This document shows positions 27,435 through 37,517 of a DNA stretch of 64,000 nt, in pieces. The translations under genes were made by a program, and so were the position numbers. Location: the NCBI GenBank assembly GCA_963746905.1, contig CAVVCY010000003.1, positions 790,057-854,056 of the forward strand, written 5' to 3'. Numbering within the stretch: the first letter of the stretch is position 1; each line of letters starts with the position of its first letter. Source of the DNA: an uncultured Acidobacteriota bacterium (GTDB taxonomy: Bacteria > Actinomycetota > Acidimicrobiia > Spongiisociales > ZC4RG35). The notes below the pieces were generated by a model that worked only from the letters and a program-made list of their open reading frames with translations, was not told the DNA's origin and did no database searches.

Positions 27435-28673
27435 ATGCCTTCTCCTTCGGTGCTCGTCATTGGCGGTGGTCCCGCCGGATCGGCCGCCGCCTACTGGCTG
27501 GCCCGGGACGGTTACGACGTGACTCTCGTCGAGAAAAAGGAGTACCCGCGGGACAAGACGTGCGGCGATGGCCTGACGCCGAGGGCGATCGTTCAGCTTC
27601 AGGAGATGGGCTTTGACTTCGACGTGCCCGAGTTCCACAAGATCACCGGTCTGCGCTCCTATGCCGGGGACGATCTGATGCTGGAACTGCCATGGCCTGA
27701 CCACTCGCGCTTCCCCAACTGGGGCGGAGTGATGCGGCGCAGTGACCTCGACTCCCAGGTCGCCGATTTGGCCCGGAAGCAAGGGGTCTCCGTCCTCGAG
27801 AAGACCGAGGGCTTTCCGACTATCGAGGACGGGGTCCTCAGTGGAGTGTCCCTGAGGCACAACGGCTCGACGGAGACGGTGAGGCCAACAGTCACGGTGA
27901 TAGCCGACGGCTCCATGAACAGGTTCGGCCGGGAGCTGGGCACCGAGCGACGCCGGGACTATCCGATGGGGCTGGCCGCACGCGGCTACTACTCGTCCCC
28001 CCGCTCGACCGATCCCTTCCTCGAGAGCCAACTCGACCTGCGTGACGCGTCAGGAGCGACCATGCCCGGGTATGGCTGGGTGTTCCCGCTCGGTGACGGG
28101 ACCGTGAACGTCGGAGTCGGCCTCCTCACCACGTTCACGCGATGGAAGCACGTCAACACCACCCACATGATGGCCGACTACGCAGCCACCGCTCCCGCCT
28201 ACTGGGAGCTGAGCGAGGAGTCGAAGCTGACCAACCCGGTGGGGGGCAAATTGACCATGTCCTTCTCCAAGGGACCGCTGGTCGGATCGAACTGGATCAC
28301 GATTGGGGACGCCGCAGGTTCGATCAATCCCTGGAACGGCGAAGGCATCTCATACGCCTACGAGACCGGCCGCATGGCGGCCGAGCACGTCGGTGAGGCC
28401 TTGGCCAAGGATGACCTTGGCCTTCTCCGTCGCTACCCACAGCATCTCGAGGACGAGTACGGGCTCTATTACAAGACCGCCCGCGTCTTTGTGAAGCTGA
28501 TCGGGCACCCCTCGGTGATGCGCACCCTGGCCCACACGGGGCTCCACAGCAAGACACTCATGGAGTGGACCCTGAAGGTGATGGCCAACCTGCTCGATGA
28601 GGACGACAAGCACATGGGAGAGCGTGTCTACGACGCGCTGGCCGGCATTGCGAGGGCCCTCCCCACCACCTAG
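27435..28673 (+). CDS. Geranylgeranyl reductase family (MenJ-like menaquinone reductase)
   Basis: GGGPAG, RDKTCGDGLTPRA, GYGWVFP, GDAAG..NP.NGEGI. Confidence 0.88.
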   Translation: MPSPSVLVIGGGPAGSAAAYWLARDGYDVTLVEKKEYPRDKTCGDGLTPRAIVQLQEMGFDFDVPEFHKITGLRSYAGDDLMLELPWPDHSRFPNWGGVMRRSDLDSQVADLARKQGVSVLEKTEGFPTIEDGVLSGVSLRHNGSTETVRPTVTVIADGSMNRFGRELGTERRRDYPMGLAARGYYSSPRSTDPFLESQLDLRDASGATMPGYGWVFPLGDGTVNVGVGLLTTFTRWKHVNTTHMMADYAATAPAYWELSEESKLTNPVGGKLTMSFSKGPLVGSNWITIGDAAGSINPWNGEGISYAYETGRMAAEHVGEALAKDDLGLLRRYPQHLEDEYGLYYKTARVFVKLIGHPSVMRTLAHTGLHSKTLMEWTLKVMANLLDEDDKHMGERVYDALAGIARALPTT

Positions 28674-29686
28674 AGGTGCGGCGCCACTTCTTCGGCTAGC
28701 TGCTGCATCAATGCAACCTGGTCTTCGTGGGCGAGAGTTGCAAAGAAGCTGCGAGCAACGAACTCGACCGGTATCGACGCCTGTTCGCGAATGCTCAGGA
28801 GCGTTGACACGATCTCGTCACTGGAGCCGGCCACCGTAAAGCGGTCCTGGAGTCGGGCCCGACCCTCTGGTGTCAACTCGGGTGAAGAGGGTGGGGACCC
28901 GGATCGAACCGCCGACGCCTCCATGTCGGAGTACTTCCAGGTCATGTGCCAGACATGATCGATGTAGCGGGCCCAAGCTTCGTCCGCCGACGGGCCGGGC
29001 AGCATCACTGAGTAATGGACTATCCGCAATTCCGAAGGGTCACGGCCGATTCGATGACACTCGTCTTCGATCCAGCCCAGTTGCAATCGGAGCTTCTCCG
29101 GCGAGACATTCGAGAAGATCCCGTCGGCGATACGTGCTGCTCGCCGGATCGCCGCCTCGGCTCCGCCGCCGATCAGGATCGGGATCGGGGAGGAAGGGAC
29201 CGGGCGGACCGCTACCTTTGGGAACTGGTAGACCAAGCCCTGATGGGTAACAGGCTCGCCGTTCCACGATTGGCGAAGCACGCTCAGGATCTCTTCCATT
29301 GCCGCTCCCCGCTTGGTCATGTCGGCGCCAAGGGCTTCGAACTCGATCTCACTCCATCCGAGGCCGAGACCGAGGGTGAAGCGCCCACCGCTGAGCAGAC
29401 TGACCGTGGCGGCATCCTCAGCCAGTCGCAACGGATGGTGCAGGGGGGCGAGAATCACGCCTGTCGCGATCTCGATCCGCGAAGTCACGGATGCGATCGC
29501 GCCGCTGACAACTGCCAGCGAAGGCATGTACCCGTCGTCCACGAAATGGTGCTCCGTCGTCCAGATCGAGGAAAAGCCGAGACGTTCTGCCTCGACGGCC
29601 AAATCGATGGTCTCCTCGTAGGCCCTCGACCAATCTCGCTCGCCTGGCCGCAGTTGGGCGCTCAACAATCCGAAGCCAAGGCTCAT
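28670..29686 (-). CDS. LLM-class flavin-dependent oxidoreductase
   Basis: WTTEHHF, HPLRLAED, GRFTLGLG. Confidence 0.9.
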   Translation of the reverse strand: MSLGFGLLSAQLRPGERDWSRAYEETIDLAVEAERLGFSSIWTTEHHFVDDGYMPSLAVVSGAIASVTSRIEIATGVILAPLHHPLRLAEDAATVSLLSGGRFTLGLGLGWSEIEFEALGADMTKRGAAMEEILSVLRQSWNGEPVTHQGLVYQFPKVAVRPVPSSPIPILIGGGAEAAIRRAARIADGIFSNVSPEKLRLQLGWIEDECHRIGRDPSELRIVHYSVMLPGPSADEAWARYIDHVWHMTWKYSDMEASAVRSGSPPSSPELTPEGRARLQDRFTVAGSSDEIVSTLLSIREQASIPVEFVARSFFATLAHEDQVALMQQLAEEVAPHL

Positions 29687-29764
29687 TGTGATGATCCAGA
29701 CATGAGCCCAAGCCTATGCCTGCATGATTTATCGCACCAACCGGCCCCGTTCTAAGCTCAGATC

Positions 29765-30175
29765 GTGACCCTCGCCGACTATCTGCCGATCGGCCTGATG
29801 CTGCTTCTCGCTGGGGTATTCGTGGCGGTGTCACTTATCGTCTCCCGATTCTTCCGCCCCAACAACCCGACGGCGGAGAAGCTCGACCCTTACGAGAGCG
29901 GAATCGTTCCCGAGGTCGAGCCGGTGCAGCGGTTCCCGGTCAAGTTCTACCTGGTGGCGATGCTGTTCGTGATTTTCGACGTGGAGATCATCTTCCTGTT
30001 CGCCTGGGCCTCGATCTGGGATCGGCTCGGCTGGTACGGGGTAGCCGCGATCTTCATCTTCACCTTCTTCGTCGCCGAGACCCTGGCCTACGTATGGAAG
30101 CGGGGAGCCCTCGACTGGAACGTCCATCGGCGGACCCGCTACCTGCCCTCCGAGTCATCGGAGGAGGCGGCCTAG
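29765..30175 (+). CDS. nuoA: NADH-quinone oxidoreductase subunit A
   Basis: PYESG, FVIFDVE. Confidence 0.95.
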   Translation: MTLADYLPIGLMLLLAGVFVAVSLIVSRFFRPNNPTAEKLDPYESGIVPEVEPVQRFPVKFYLVAMLFVIFDVEIIFLFAWASIWDRLGWYGVAAIFIFTFFVAETLAYVWKRGALDWNVHRRTRYLPSESSEEAA

Positions 30176-30643
30176 ATGGCCACGACCGCACCGGGCAACC
30201 TGATGATGACCACCGTCACCAAGGCGGCGCGTTGGGCGCGAACCCGCTCGATGTTCCCCGCCACCTTCGGCCTCGCCTGCTGCGCCATCGAGATGATGGC
30301 GACCGGTGCGGCCCACTACGACCTGGCCCGATTTGGCATGGAGGTGTTCCGCGCCTCGCCGCGGCAGGCCGACCTGATGATCGTGGCGGGCCGGGTGAGC
30401 CAGAAGATGGCGCCGGTCCTTCGCCAGGTCTACGACCAGATGCCCGACCCGAAGTGGGTGATCTCGATGGGTGCCTGCGCCTCCACCGGTGGGATGTTCA
30501 ACAACTACGCCCTGGTCCAGGGTGTCGACCAGGTGGTCCCTGTCGACATCTATGTCCCGGGGTGCCCGCCCGGCCCGCAGAGCCTGATGCACGGCATCCT
30601 CACCCTCCACGACAAGATCATGAGCGGCGAGATCAACAATTGA
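30176..30643 (+). CDS. nuoB: NADH-quinone oxidoreductase subunit B
   Basis: [19 protein letters not shown]. Confidence 0.97.
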   Translation: MATTAPGNLMMTTVTKAARWARTRSMFPATFGLACCAIEMMATGAAHYDLARFGMEVFRASPRQADLMIVAGRVSQKMAPVLRQVYDQMPDPKWVISMGACASTGGMFNNYALVQGVDQVVPVDIYVPGCPPGPQSLMHGILTLHDKIMSGEINN

Positions 30644-31164
30644 GCGACGAAGCGGCCATCGTCGAAGAGCAGCCGGCACGGGCCCTGCCGGAGAATCCAG
30701 TGCTGCGCACCCTGTTCGAGCACTTCGAGACGGTCCAGTGGGAGAGCTCTCTGGGCCAGGACGTGGCGCGGGTTCCCAACGAGTCCTGGTTGGAGTTCGC
30801 CACCGCCGCCAAGGAATCGGGTTTCGAGGTTTGTGTCGACGTAACCGCAGTCGACTGGATGCGCGACCGCCCGGAGCGGTTTGAGATCGTGGCCAATCTG
30901 CTCTCGATGAGTGAGAAGCTCCGTCTGAGGATGACGACGACGACGGGCAGGGCCGAGCCTTCGGTCGCCTCGCTGGTACCGGTGTGGCCGGGCGTCAACT
31001 TCGCTGAGCGTGAGGCCTACGACATGTTCGGGATCGTCTTCGAACACCACCCGGACCTGACCCGGATCTTGATGCCCGATGAGTGGGAGGGGCATCCGCT
31101 GCGCAAGGACTTCGGGGTGGGGAGTGTGCCTGTTCAGTTCAAGGAAAGTCATCAGGTGACCTGA
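30640..31164 (+). CDS. nuoC: NADH-quinone oxidoreductase subunit C
   Basis: [16 protein letters not shown]; TTG start overlaps nuoB stop. Confidence 0.93.
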   Translation: MSDEAAIVEEQPARALPENPVLRTLFEHFETVQWESSLGQDVARVPNESWLEFATAAKESGFEVCVDVTAVDWMRDRPERFEIVANLLSMSEKLRLRMTTTTGRAEPSVASLVPVWPGVNFAEREAYDMFGIVFEHHPDLTRILMPDEWEGHPLRKDFGVGSVPVQFKESHQVT

Positions 31165-31165
31165 G

Positions 31166-32536
31166 ATGAGCGAGCCAACCCTGGAGGGCGTCGAGAGCCC
31201 GGAGATCACCGAGGTGCTTGACGTCTGGGTCGCCGGGACGGAGGAGCCCGAGTTCAGTCCCACCGACGAGGGAGAGCAGGAGATCTCCGATCACGAGTCG
31301 GAGGCCAGGCTCGACGAGCAATTCGGGCGGGTCGTAGAGGACGACTACGTGTTCGACGATGGGGTCGACGAGGGCGAGCGGATGATCCTCAACATGGGCC
31401 CCCAACACCCCTCCACCCACGGTGTGCTCAGGCTTCAGATCGAGCTCGAGGGAGAGATCATCCGGCGCACGAAGCCGATCATCGGCTATCTCCACACAGG
31501 GATGGAGAAGACCGGTGAGCAGCTCAACTTCTCCCAGGGCGGCACCAATGTGACCCGGATGGACTATCTGGCGCCGTTCCACAACGAACTGGCCTACTCG
31601 CTCGCTGTGGAACGCCTCCTCGGGATCGAGGTCCCGCCAAGGGCGGCCGCGATCCGGGTTCTACTAACCGAGCTAAACCGCTGCTCTTCCCATCTTGTGG
31701 CACTTGCCACCAACGGGATGGACATCGGGGCCATCTCGATGATGATCTATGGGTTCAGAGAGCGCGAGCAGATCCTGGCCTTCTTCGAGAAGACGACCGG
31801 TCTTCGCATGAACCACAACTTCATCCGGCCCGGCGGGGTCGCCGCGGATCTGCCCCCGGGATGGAAAGACGATGTCGACGCGATCCTCGGCGAGCTTCCG
31901 AGAAGGCTCCAGCAGTACGACGACCTGCTCGAGAACAACCCGATCTGGGTGTCGCGGACCAAGGGGATCGGCGTGATCTCGGCCGAAGAAGCGGTGGCCT
32001 ACGGGATCACCGGGCCTGCACTGCGGGCCGCCGGTGTGAGTTGGGACCTGCGCAAGGCGTTCCCCTACTCCGGGATCGAGAACTACGAGTTCGACATCCC
32101 GGTCGGCCAGAGAGGCGATGTCTATGACCGGTACCGGGTCCGGGTGGACGAGATCCACGAGTCATTGAAGATCGTGGAACAGGTGATGGACTCGATGCCC
32201 AAGGGTGACTACCGGGTCGACGACCGCAAGGTGACTCCGCCACCGCGGGCGCGCATCGACGAGTCGATGGAGGCGCTTATCCATCATTTCAAGCTGTTCA
32301 CCGAAGGGTTCAAGGTGCCCACGGGCGAGACCTATGTCGCGGTCGAGTCCCCGCGTGGTGAGTTGGGCTGCTACCTGGTCTCCAACGGCGAGGCCCGCCC
32401 CTATCGGATCCATACCCGGGCCCCATCCTTCGCCAACCTCCAGGGTCTGCCCATCGCCATGGCCGACTCCCTGATGGCCGACACCGTCGCCACCATCGCC
32501 TCGATGGACCCGGTGATGGGTGACGTAGACCGCTAG
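31166..32536 (+). CDS. nuoD: NADH-quinone oxidoreductase subunit D with acidic N-terminal extension
   Basis: NMGPQHPSTHGVLR, ESPRGE, GDVDR. Confidence 0.96.
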   Translation: MSEPTLEGVESPEITEVLDVWVAGTEEPEFSPTDEGEQEISDHESEARLDEQFGRVVEDDYVFDDGVDEGERMILNMGPQHPSTHGVLRLQIELEGEIIRRTKPIIGYLHTGMEKTGEQLNFSQGGTNVTRMDYLAPFHNELAYSLAVERLLGIEVPPRAAAIRVLLTELNRCSSHLVALATNGMDIGAISMMIYGFREREQILAFFEKTTGLRMNHNFIRPGGVAADLPPGWKDDVDAILGELPRRLQQYDDLLENNPIWVSRTKGIGVISAEEAVAYGITGPALRAAGVSWDLRKAFPYSGIENYEFDIPVGQRGDVYDRYRVRVDEIHESLKIVEQVMDSMPKGDYRVDDRKVTPPPRARIDESMEALIHHFKLFTEGFKVPTGETYVAVESPRGELGCYLVSNGEARPYRIHTRAPSFANLQGLPIAMADSLMADTVATIASMDPVMGDVDR

Positions 32537-32542
32537 GCATCG

Positions 32543-33021
32543 CTTACCTGAGGTACATGGCGCCAAATGTGGCGCTACGCCGACAAAGAATGAGCGGTCG
32601 ACCCAAGAATCACAGGTCGGGCGGCAGCGCGGCGAGGCCGGCGGCCGTCATCGTCCCTTCGTCCACCAACCGGCGGGCGATCTTTCGGTTCCGATCCGAC
32701 CAGTTCGAGCCGATGCGTCGCGGGGCAAAGCGGATTGCCCAACGTGCCTCGTCGATTCTTTGGCCGTGAGAGTCGATCCATCCGTGACGCAGGGCGGTTT
32801 CCTGTAATTCATCGAGGGTGACGGTCTGTCTGCCGGACGTCTTCTTGTAGATGGCAACGACGATTTCCCGCTCGTTGTCACCGTGCGCCTCTAGCCATTT
32901 GTCGAAGTCGGCTTGACTGGACATCAGGGTTGAATGTGAGATGTCCATCCCCTGATTGTGCCCGAGTTGCCTGTTCTTTGTTCGATCAGCGCCAGATATG
33001 GCCTTACCTACCTCAGGTAAG
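32543..33021. mobile_element. Cassette bounded by 48-bp imperfect inverted repeats, between nuoD and nuoE
   Basis: 32543-32590 versus reverse complement of 32974-33021: 36/48 identical, outer 13 bp perfect. Confidence 0.6.
32610..32948 (-). CDS. YdeI/OmpD-associated family N-terminal domain protein
   Basis: WL..H, AL.HGWID, F.PRR..SNWS..N, G.M..AG. Confidence 0.8.
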   Translation of the reverse strand: MDISHSTLMSSQADFDKWLEAHGDNEREIVVAIYKKTSGRQTVTLDELQETALRHGWIDSHGQRIDEARWAIRFAPRRIGSNWSDRNRKIARRLVDEGTMTAAGLAALPPDL

Positions 33022-33071
33022 GGTCTTCGGGTTTCGCTACCCCCACAGCCTCTCCCTATTCTCCGGCACCG

Positions 33072-33695
33072 ATGAGCCATTGGTCGGAGGCCACCCAGGA
33101 CCGCGTCCGCGAGATCATCTCCCGTTACCCGAGGAAGCGATCGGCAGTGATGCCGCTTCTCTATCTGGCGGTGGCGGAAGAGGGCTATCTGAGCAACGAG
33201 GGCATGGAAGAGGTTGCCCGATGGGTGGAAATCACTCCGGCCCAGGTCCAAGCCGTCGCCAGCTTTTACACGATGTACAAGAGGGAGCGAACCGGGCGCT
33301 ATCTCATCTCCTGTTGCACCTCGATCTCATGCATGCTGCTCGGCGCAGACGACGTGCTCCATGCCCTCGAGGACGAGTCAGGCGTCCCCCACGGGGAGAC
33401 CGACGAAAAGGGCCTGCTCTCCGTTGAACACGTGGAATGCATCGGGGCCTGCGGTGGTGCGCCTGCGGTCCAGGTCAACTACGAGTTGATCGAAGGAGTT
33501 ACCCCGGAACGGGCTCGCGACCTGGTCCGGTGGCTGAGCGGAGCCCGACCCGAGGTAATCAACACCGAGGAGATGCAGGAGCTGTTCGGGGGAGTCAAGA
33601 GCTTCGACTGGGGGATCAAGGAGGAATCGGGTGCCATCGGCCCCTATCCCGCCTTCCAGCCCTTCGGGACAGTGGGAAGCGAGGATCGTTCTTGA
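33072..33695 (+). CDS. nuoE: NADH-quinone oxidoreductase subunit E
   Basis: VASFYTM, CTSISC, ECIGAC. Confidence 0.95.
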   Translation: MSHWSEATQDRVREIISRYPRKRSAVMPLLYLAVAEEGYLSNEGMEEVARWVEITPAQVQAVASFYTMYKRERTGRYLISCCTSISCMLLGADDVLHALEDESGVPHGETDEKGLLSVEHVECIGACGGAPAVQVNYELIEGVTPERARDLVRWLSGARPEVINTEEMQELFGGVKSFDWGIKEESGAIGPYPAFQPFGTVGSEDRS

Positions 33696-35005
33696 CGACC
33701 CCTCTGGTGGTGACCCGTCGGATGACCGATCATCCAACGGACTCCCACACCATGGAGCGCTACGAGGCCACCGGCGGCTACCAACAGGCTCCACGCGCCC
33801 TGGGGATGACCAGGGACGAGTTGGTGGAGCTGATCAAGAAGTCGGGCCTTCTCGGTCGGGGAGGCGCGGCGTTCTCGACCGGGCTCAAATGGAGCTTTCT
33901 CGCCCCAGCCCGCCCCGCCTATCTGGTGATCAACGCAGACGAGTCCGAGCCCGGGACTTTCAAGGATCGCCAGCTTCTCGAGCGTGACCCCCACCAGATG
34001 CTGGAGGGGGTGATCATCACTGCAATCGCCAATGAGGTTCACCACGCCTTCATCTACATCAGGGGCGAGTATCCGAAGCCGGCGAGACGGGTCCAAACCG
34101 CTGTGGATGCCGCCTACGCCAAGGGCTATCTCGGAACCGGGATCTTCGGGACCGACTATGACTTGGAGGTGACCGTCCATCTCGGCGCCGGTGCCTACAT
34201 CTGTGGCGAAGAGACAGCCCTCATCAACAGCCTCGAGGGCCTCCGCGGTGAGCCGCGACTCAAGCCGCCCTACTTCCCCGCGGTGAAGGGCCTCTACATG
34301 CAGCCCACCATCGTCAACAACGTGGAGACGGTGTCCGATCTGCCCCACATCCTCGAGATGGGGGCCGAGGACTACGCCGATCTCGGTCACCCGATGGACA
34401 CCGGGACCTTCATGACCTCGATCTCGGGCCACGTCAACCGCCCCGGGAATTACGAGCTGCCGCACGGGATCCTTTGGGGTGAGTTGATCTACGAGGTGGC
34501 CGGCGGCATCCGTGGGGATCGTGAGCTCAAGGCCTGGGTCCCAGGTGGCGCCTCGGCGCCCTGGTTCGTGCCCGACGTTCATCTCAACCAGCAGATCACA
34601 AAGGACGTCTGCGCGGAGGCCGGGTCGATGCTCGGCTCGGGGGCGGTGATCGTCATGGACGACACCACCTGCATGATCCGTGCCGCCGAGCGAATCGTCC
34701 GTTTCTTCGCCCACGAGTCGTGCGGCCAGTGCACTCCCTGCCGGGAGGGGACGACCTGGCTGGAGATGGTCCTTCGCCGGATCGAGACCGGCCAGGGGCG
34801 CCAGATCGACCTCGATCTGATGCTCGATGTCTCCGACGGGATCAGCATCGGGCTGTCGTGGCCTCCGAAGATGACGACCATCTGCCCCTTGGGCCCGTCG
34901 GCGGTATCGCCCATCATCTCCTTGCGTGACTACTTCCGGGACGAGGTAATGGCGCACGTCGAATTGGGCGCCTGCCCCCTGGAGAAGGCGGAGGCAACCG
35001 CATGA
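33692..35005 (+). CDS. nuoF: NADH-quinone oxidoreductase subunit F
   Basis: GRGGAAF, NADESEPG, YICGEE, ESCGQCTPCREG. Confidence 0.96.
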   Translation: MTTPLVVTRRMTDHPTDSHTMERYEATGGYQQAPRALGMTRDELVELIKKSGLLGRGGAAFSTGLKWSFLAPARPAYLVINADESEPGTFKDRQLLERDPHQMLEGVIITAIANEVHHAFIYIRGEYPKPARRVQTAVDAAYAKGYLGTGIFGTDYDLEVTVHLGAGAYICGEETALINSLEGLRGEPRLKPPYFPAVKGLYMQPTIVNNVETVSDLPHILEMGAEDYADLGHPMDTGTFMTSISGHVNRPGNYELPHGILWGELIYEVAGGIRGDRELKAWVPGGASAPWFVPDVHLNQQITKDVCAEAGSMLGSGAVIVMDDTTCMIRAAERIVRFFAHESCGQCTPCREGTTWLEMVLRRIETGQGRQIDLDLMLDVSDGISIGLSWPPKMTTICPLGPSAVSPIISLRDYFRDEVMAHVELGACPLEKAEATA

Positions 35006-35094
35006 GAGGACCGGTTCCCGCGCAGGGTGCCCCCCTCCCCGCCTCCGGCGGTACTCCCCCCAACGCTCACTTCGTTCGCTGGGGGGAGAAATGA
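35002..35094 (+). CDS. Repeat-derived 30-aa mini-ORF bridging nuoF and nuoG
   Basis: ATGA overlaps at both ends; MRGPVPAQGAPLPASGGTPPNAHFVRWGEK. Confidence 0.4.
   Translation: MRGPVPAQGAPLPASGGTPPNAHFVRWGEK
35027..35090 (+). repeat. REP-like palindrome, single unit
   Basis: Shares tgcccccctccccgcctccggcggtactccccccaa and ctcacttcgttcg..ggggggagaa with 42074-42136. Confidence 0.9.
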
Positions 35095-37517
35095 CTGACA
35101 TCGTCAACATCACCGTCGATGGCAAGCCGATCGAGGCCACGCCCGGCGAGATGCTGATCAAGGCCGCCCAGGATGGTGGCACCTACATCCCCCGATTCTG
35201 CTGGCACGAGCGGATGAATCCGGTGGGGATGTGCCGGATGTGCCTGGTCGAGGTTCAGGGCCCACGGGGGCCGATGATCATCACCGCCTGCACCAACCCG
35301 GTGGCGGAGGGCATGGTGGTCGACACCCAGAACGCCACGGTCAAGAAGGCCCAGGAGGGGATTCTCGAGTTTCTCCTCGCCAACCACCCCCTGGACTGCC
35401 CGATATGCGACAAGGGCGGCGAATGCCCTCTCCAGGACCAGGCGATGTCGCACGGTCCCGGGGAGAGCCGGTTCGTCGAGATCAAGAGAAACTTCGAAAA
35501 GCCGATCCCGGTCTCGGATCTGGTCCTCCTCGATCGGGAGCGCTGCATCCTGTGTGCCCGCTGCACCCGATTCTCCGACGAGGTCAGTGGAGACCCGTTG
35601 ATCGAATTCATGGAGCGGGGGAACGGGACCGAGGTCAACACCTTCCCCGATCTCCCGTTTTCCTCATATTTCTCGGGCAACACGGTCCAGATCTGCCCGG
35701 TTGGCGCTCTCACCGCCAAGCCTTACCGGTTCCGGGCCCGTCCCTGGGATCTGACCAAGGTGGAGAGCTCATCGCTGCTCGACACCGCCCACCCCCGCAT
35801 CTCGATCCACGCCAGTCAGAACCAGATCCTTCGCTTTCTGGGAGTGGACAACGACGCCACCAACCACGGCTGGCTTTCGGACAAGGACCGATTCGGCTTC
35901 CAATACATCGAGTCCGGCGAGCGGCTCACCACCCCTCTGGTGAATCGAGGCGGTGCGTTGGTCGAAGTCACCTGGAACGAGGCGCTCGACATCGTCGCCA
36001 ATCGGATCGAGCTGATTCGAGACGACGACGGCGGCGGCGCCTTCGGCGTGATCGGGGGCGCCCGTGGCACCAACGAGGATGCCTACGCCCTATCCAAGTT
36101 TGCCCGGGTTGCCCTGGGGACCAACAACGTCGACTCCAGGGTTGGTGACGATCTCGCCTCACATTTCCTGGCGGCCACCGTCGATCGAGCCCTGATCTCA
36201 GACCTCGACGACGCCGACACCATCCTCGTTTGGGGCCCCGATCTCAAGGAGGAGCACCCGACCCTCTATCTGCGCGTGCGACGGGCAGCTCAGGAGCTCG
36301 GTGTGGCTCTGATCGTGATCCACCCTCGAAAGACGGGCCTCGACGACCGCGCCGCACACAAACTCACATATCGCCCCGGTGGCGGATTCGCCCTTCTCGA
36401 TGAGATCGCAAAAGGTGACCACCCCGACGTCGGCCACGCATTGGCGACCGGGAAGGTGGTCGCCATGGTCGGCCAGGCGTGCCACGCCGATGGGCCCAAG
36501 CTCGCCGAGTCGGTGGCCGCACTGGCACGCAACAAGGCTGGATCGGTCAAGATCATGCCCCTGGCGAGGCGAGCCAACATCTACGGGGCGCTCGACATGG
36601 GGCTTGCGCCGGATCTCCTCCCGGGACGGGTCGCGATGGATCCAACCGGCATCGCAGGCCTGGCCACGACATGGGGTGACATCCCGACGGTCCCCGGCCG
36701 AGACACCCGCAGCATCCTCGAAGGTGTGGAGTCGGGCGATATCCGCTGTCTGTTCCTCGTCGGTGCGGACCCGGCTCGCGATCTCCCCGATCCCAAGGTT
36801 GCGCTCGAGGGCCTGGAGGCCGCCGAGTACGTGGTGGCCATCGACATCTTCCTGAACGACTCGAATCGCTCGGCGGACGTGATCCTGCCAGCTTCCGGTT
36901 TCGCCGAGAAGGAGGGGACGGCGACCAACCTCGAAGGCAGGGTGCAAAAGTTGAACACGGTTCGGCCCGGACCGGGCCAAAGTCGCCCGGACTGGGCCAT
37001 CCTCTCCGATATCGCCGAGCGCGCGGGGCGTCCCCTCGGCCTGGCGACCCCGGAGACGATTGCCAAGGAGATCGCAGAAGTCGCCCCGGTCTATGCCGGA
37101 GTCACCTGGGATCACCTCGAGTGGGAGTCGCGCGATGGGGCGGTCGTGCCCTTGTCCGGATCGCAGTCGATCAACCACATACCCGTGGCCCTGGATGGTC
37201 CACGTGCCCCGCGTGCGGCTTTGACCCTCCACGTCGCACGGACGCTCTATGACGATGGCGTCTTGATGCGGAACTGCCCTGCGCTACACCCTCTTGCGCC
37301 GGGCGCCGTGGCCTATCTCAACCCGGTCGACGCCCGCAAACTAGGTGCCCAGGAGGGGAGCTCGGTCCAGGTGGTCACCAAGCAGGGCGAAGGGGAGTTC
37401 TCGGTCAAATTCGACGAGGGGACACCGGCCGGGGTGGTCTACGTCCCCTTCAATCAAGCCGGTGGCGCCTACCTCGGCACGGACCCGGTAGTTCGGGTGA
37501 AGGCGGTCACCCGGTGA
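35091..37517 (+). CDS. nuoG: NADH-quinone oxidoreductase subunit G
   Basis: PRFC, CRMC, HPLDCPICDKGGECPLQ, CILCARC. Confidence 0.96.
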   Translation: MTDIVNITVDGKPIEATPGEMLIKAAQDGGTYIPRFCWHERMNPVGMCRMCLVEVQGPRGPMIITACTNPVAEGMVVDTQNATVKKAQEGILEFLLANHPLDCPICDKGGECPLQDQAMSHGPGESRFVEIKRNFEKPIPVSDLVLLDRERCILCARCTRFSDEVSGDPLIEFMERGNGTEVNTFPDLPFSSYFSGNTVQICPVGALTAKPYRFRARPWDLTKVESSSLLDTAHPRISIHASQNQILRFLGVDNDATNHGWLSDKDRFGFQYIESGERLTTPLVNRGGALVEVTWNEALDIVANRIELIRDDDGGGAFGVIGGARGTNEDAYALSKFARVALGTNNVDSRVGDDLASHFLAATVDRALISDLDDADTILVWGPDLKEEHPTLYLRVRRAAQELGVALIVIHPRKTGLDDRAAHKLTYRPGGGFALLDEIAKGDHPDVGHALATGKVVAMVGQACHADGPKLAESVAALARNKAGSVKIMPLARRANIYGALDMGLAPDLLPGRVAMDPTGIAGLATTWGDIPTVPGRDTRSILEGVESGDIRCLFLVGADPARDLPDPKVALEGLEAAEYVVAIDIFLNDSNRSADVILPASGFAEKEGTATNLEGRVQKLNTVRPGPGQSRPDWAILSDIAERAGRPLGLATPETIAKEIAEVAPVYAGVTWDHLEWESRDGAVVPLSGSQSINHIPVALDGPRAPRAALTLHVARTLYDDGVLMRNCPALHPLAPGAVAYLNPVDARKLGAQEGSSVQVVTKQGEGEFSVKFDEGTPAGVVYVPFNQAGGAYLGTDPVVRVKAVTR

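Noticed and set aside
29684-29764. Rex operator upstream of nuoA
   Set aside because: Only a TTGTGA half-site; no TTCACA arm.
33644-35182. Long antisense and alternate-frame ORFs (also 7072-8499 and 60397-61782)
   Set aside because: Shadow ORFs of recognised genes, expected in high-GC DNA.
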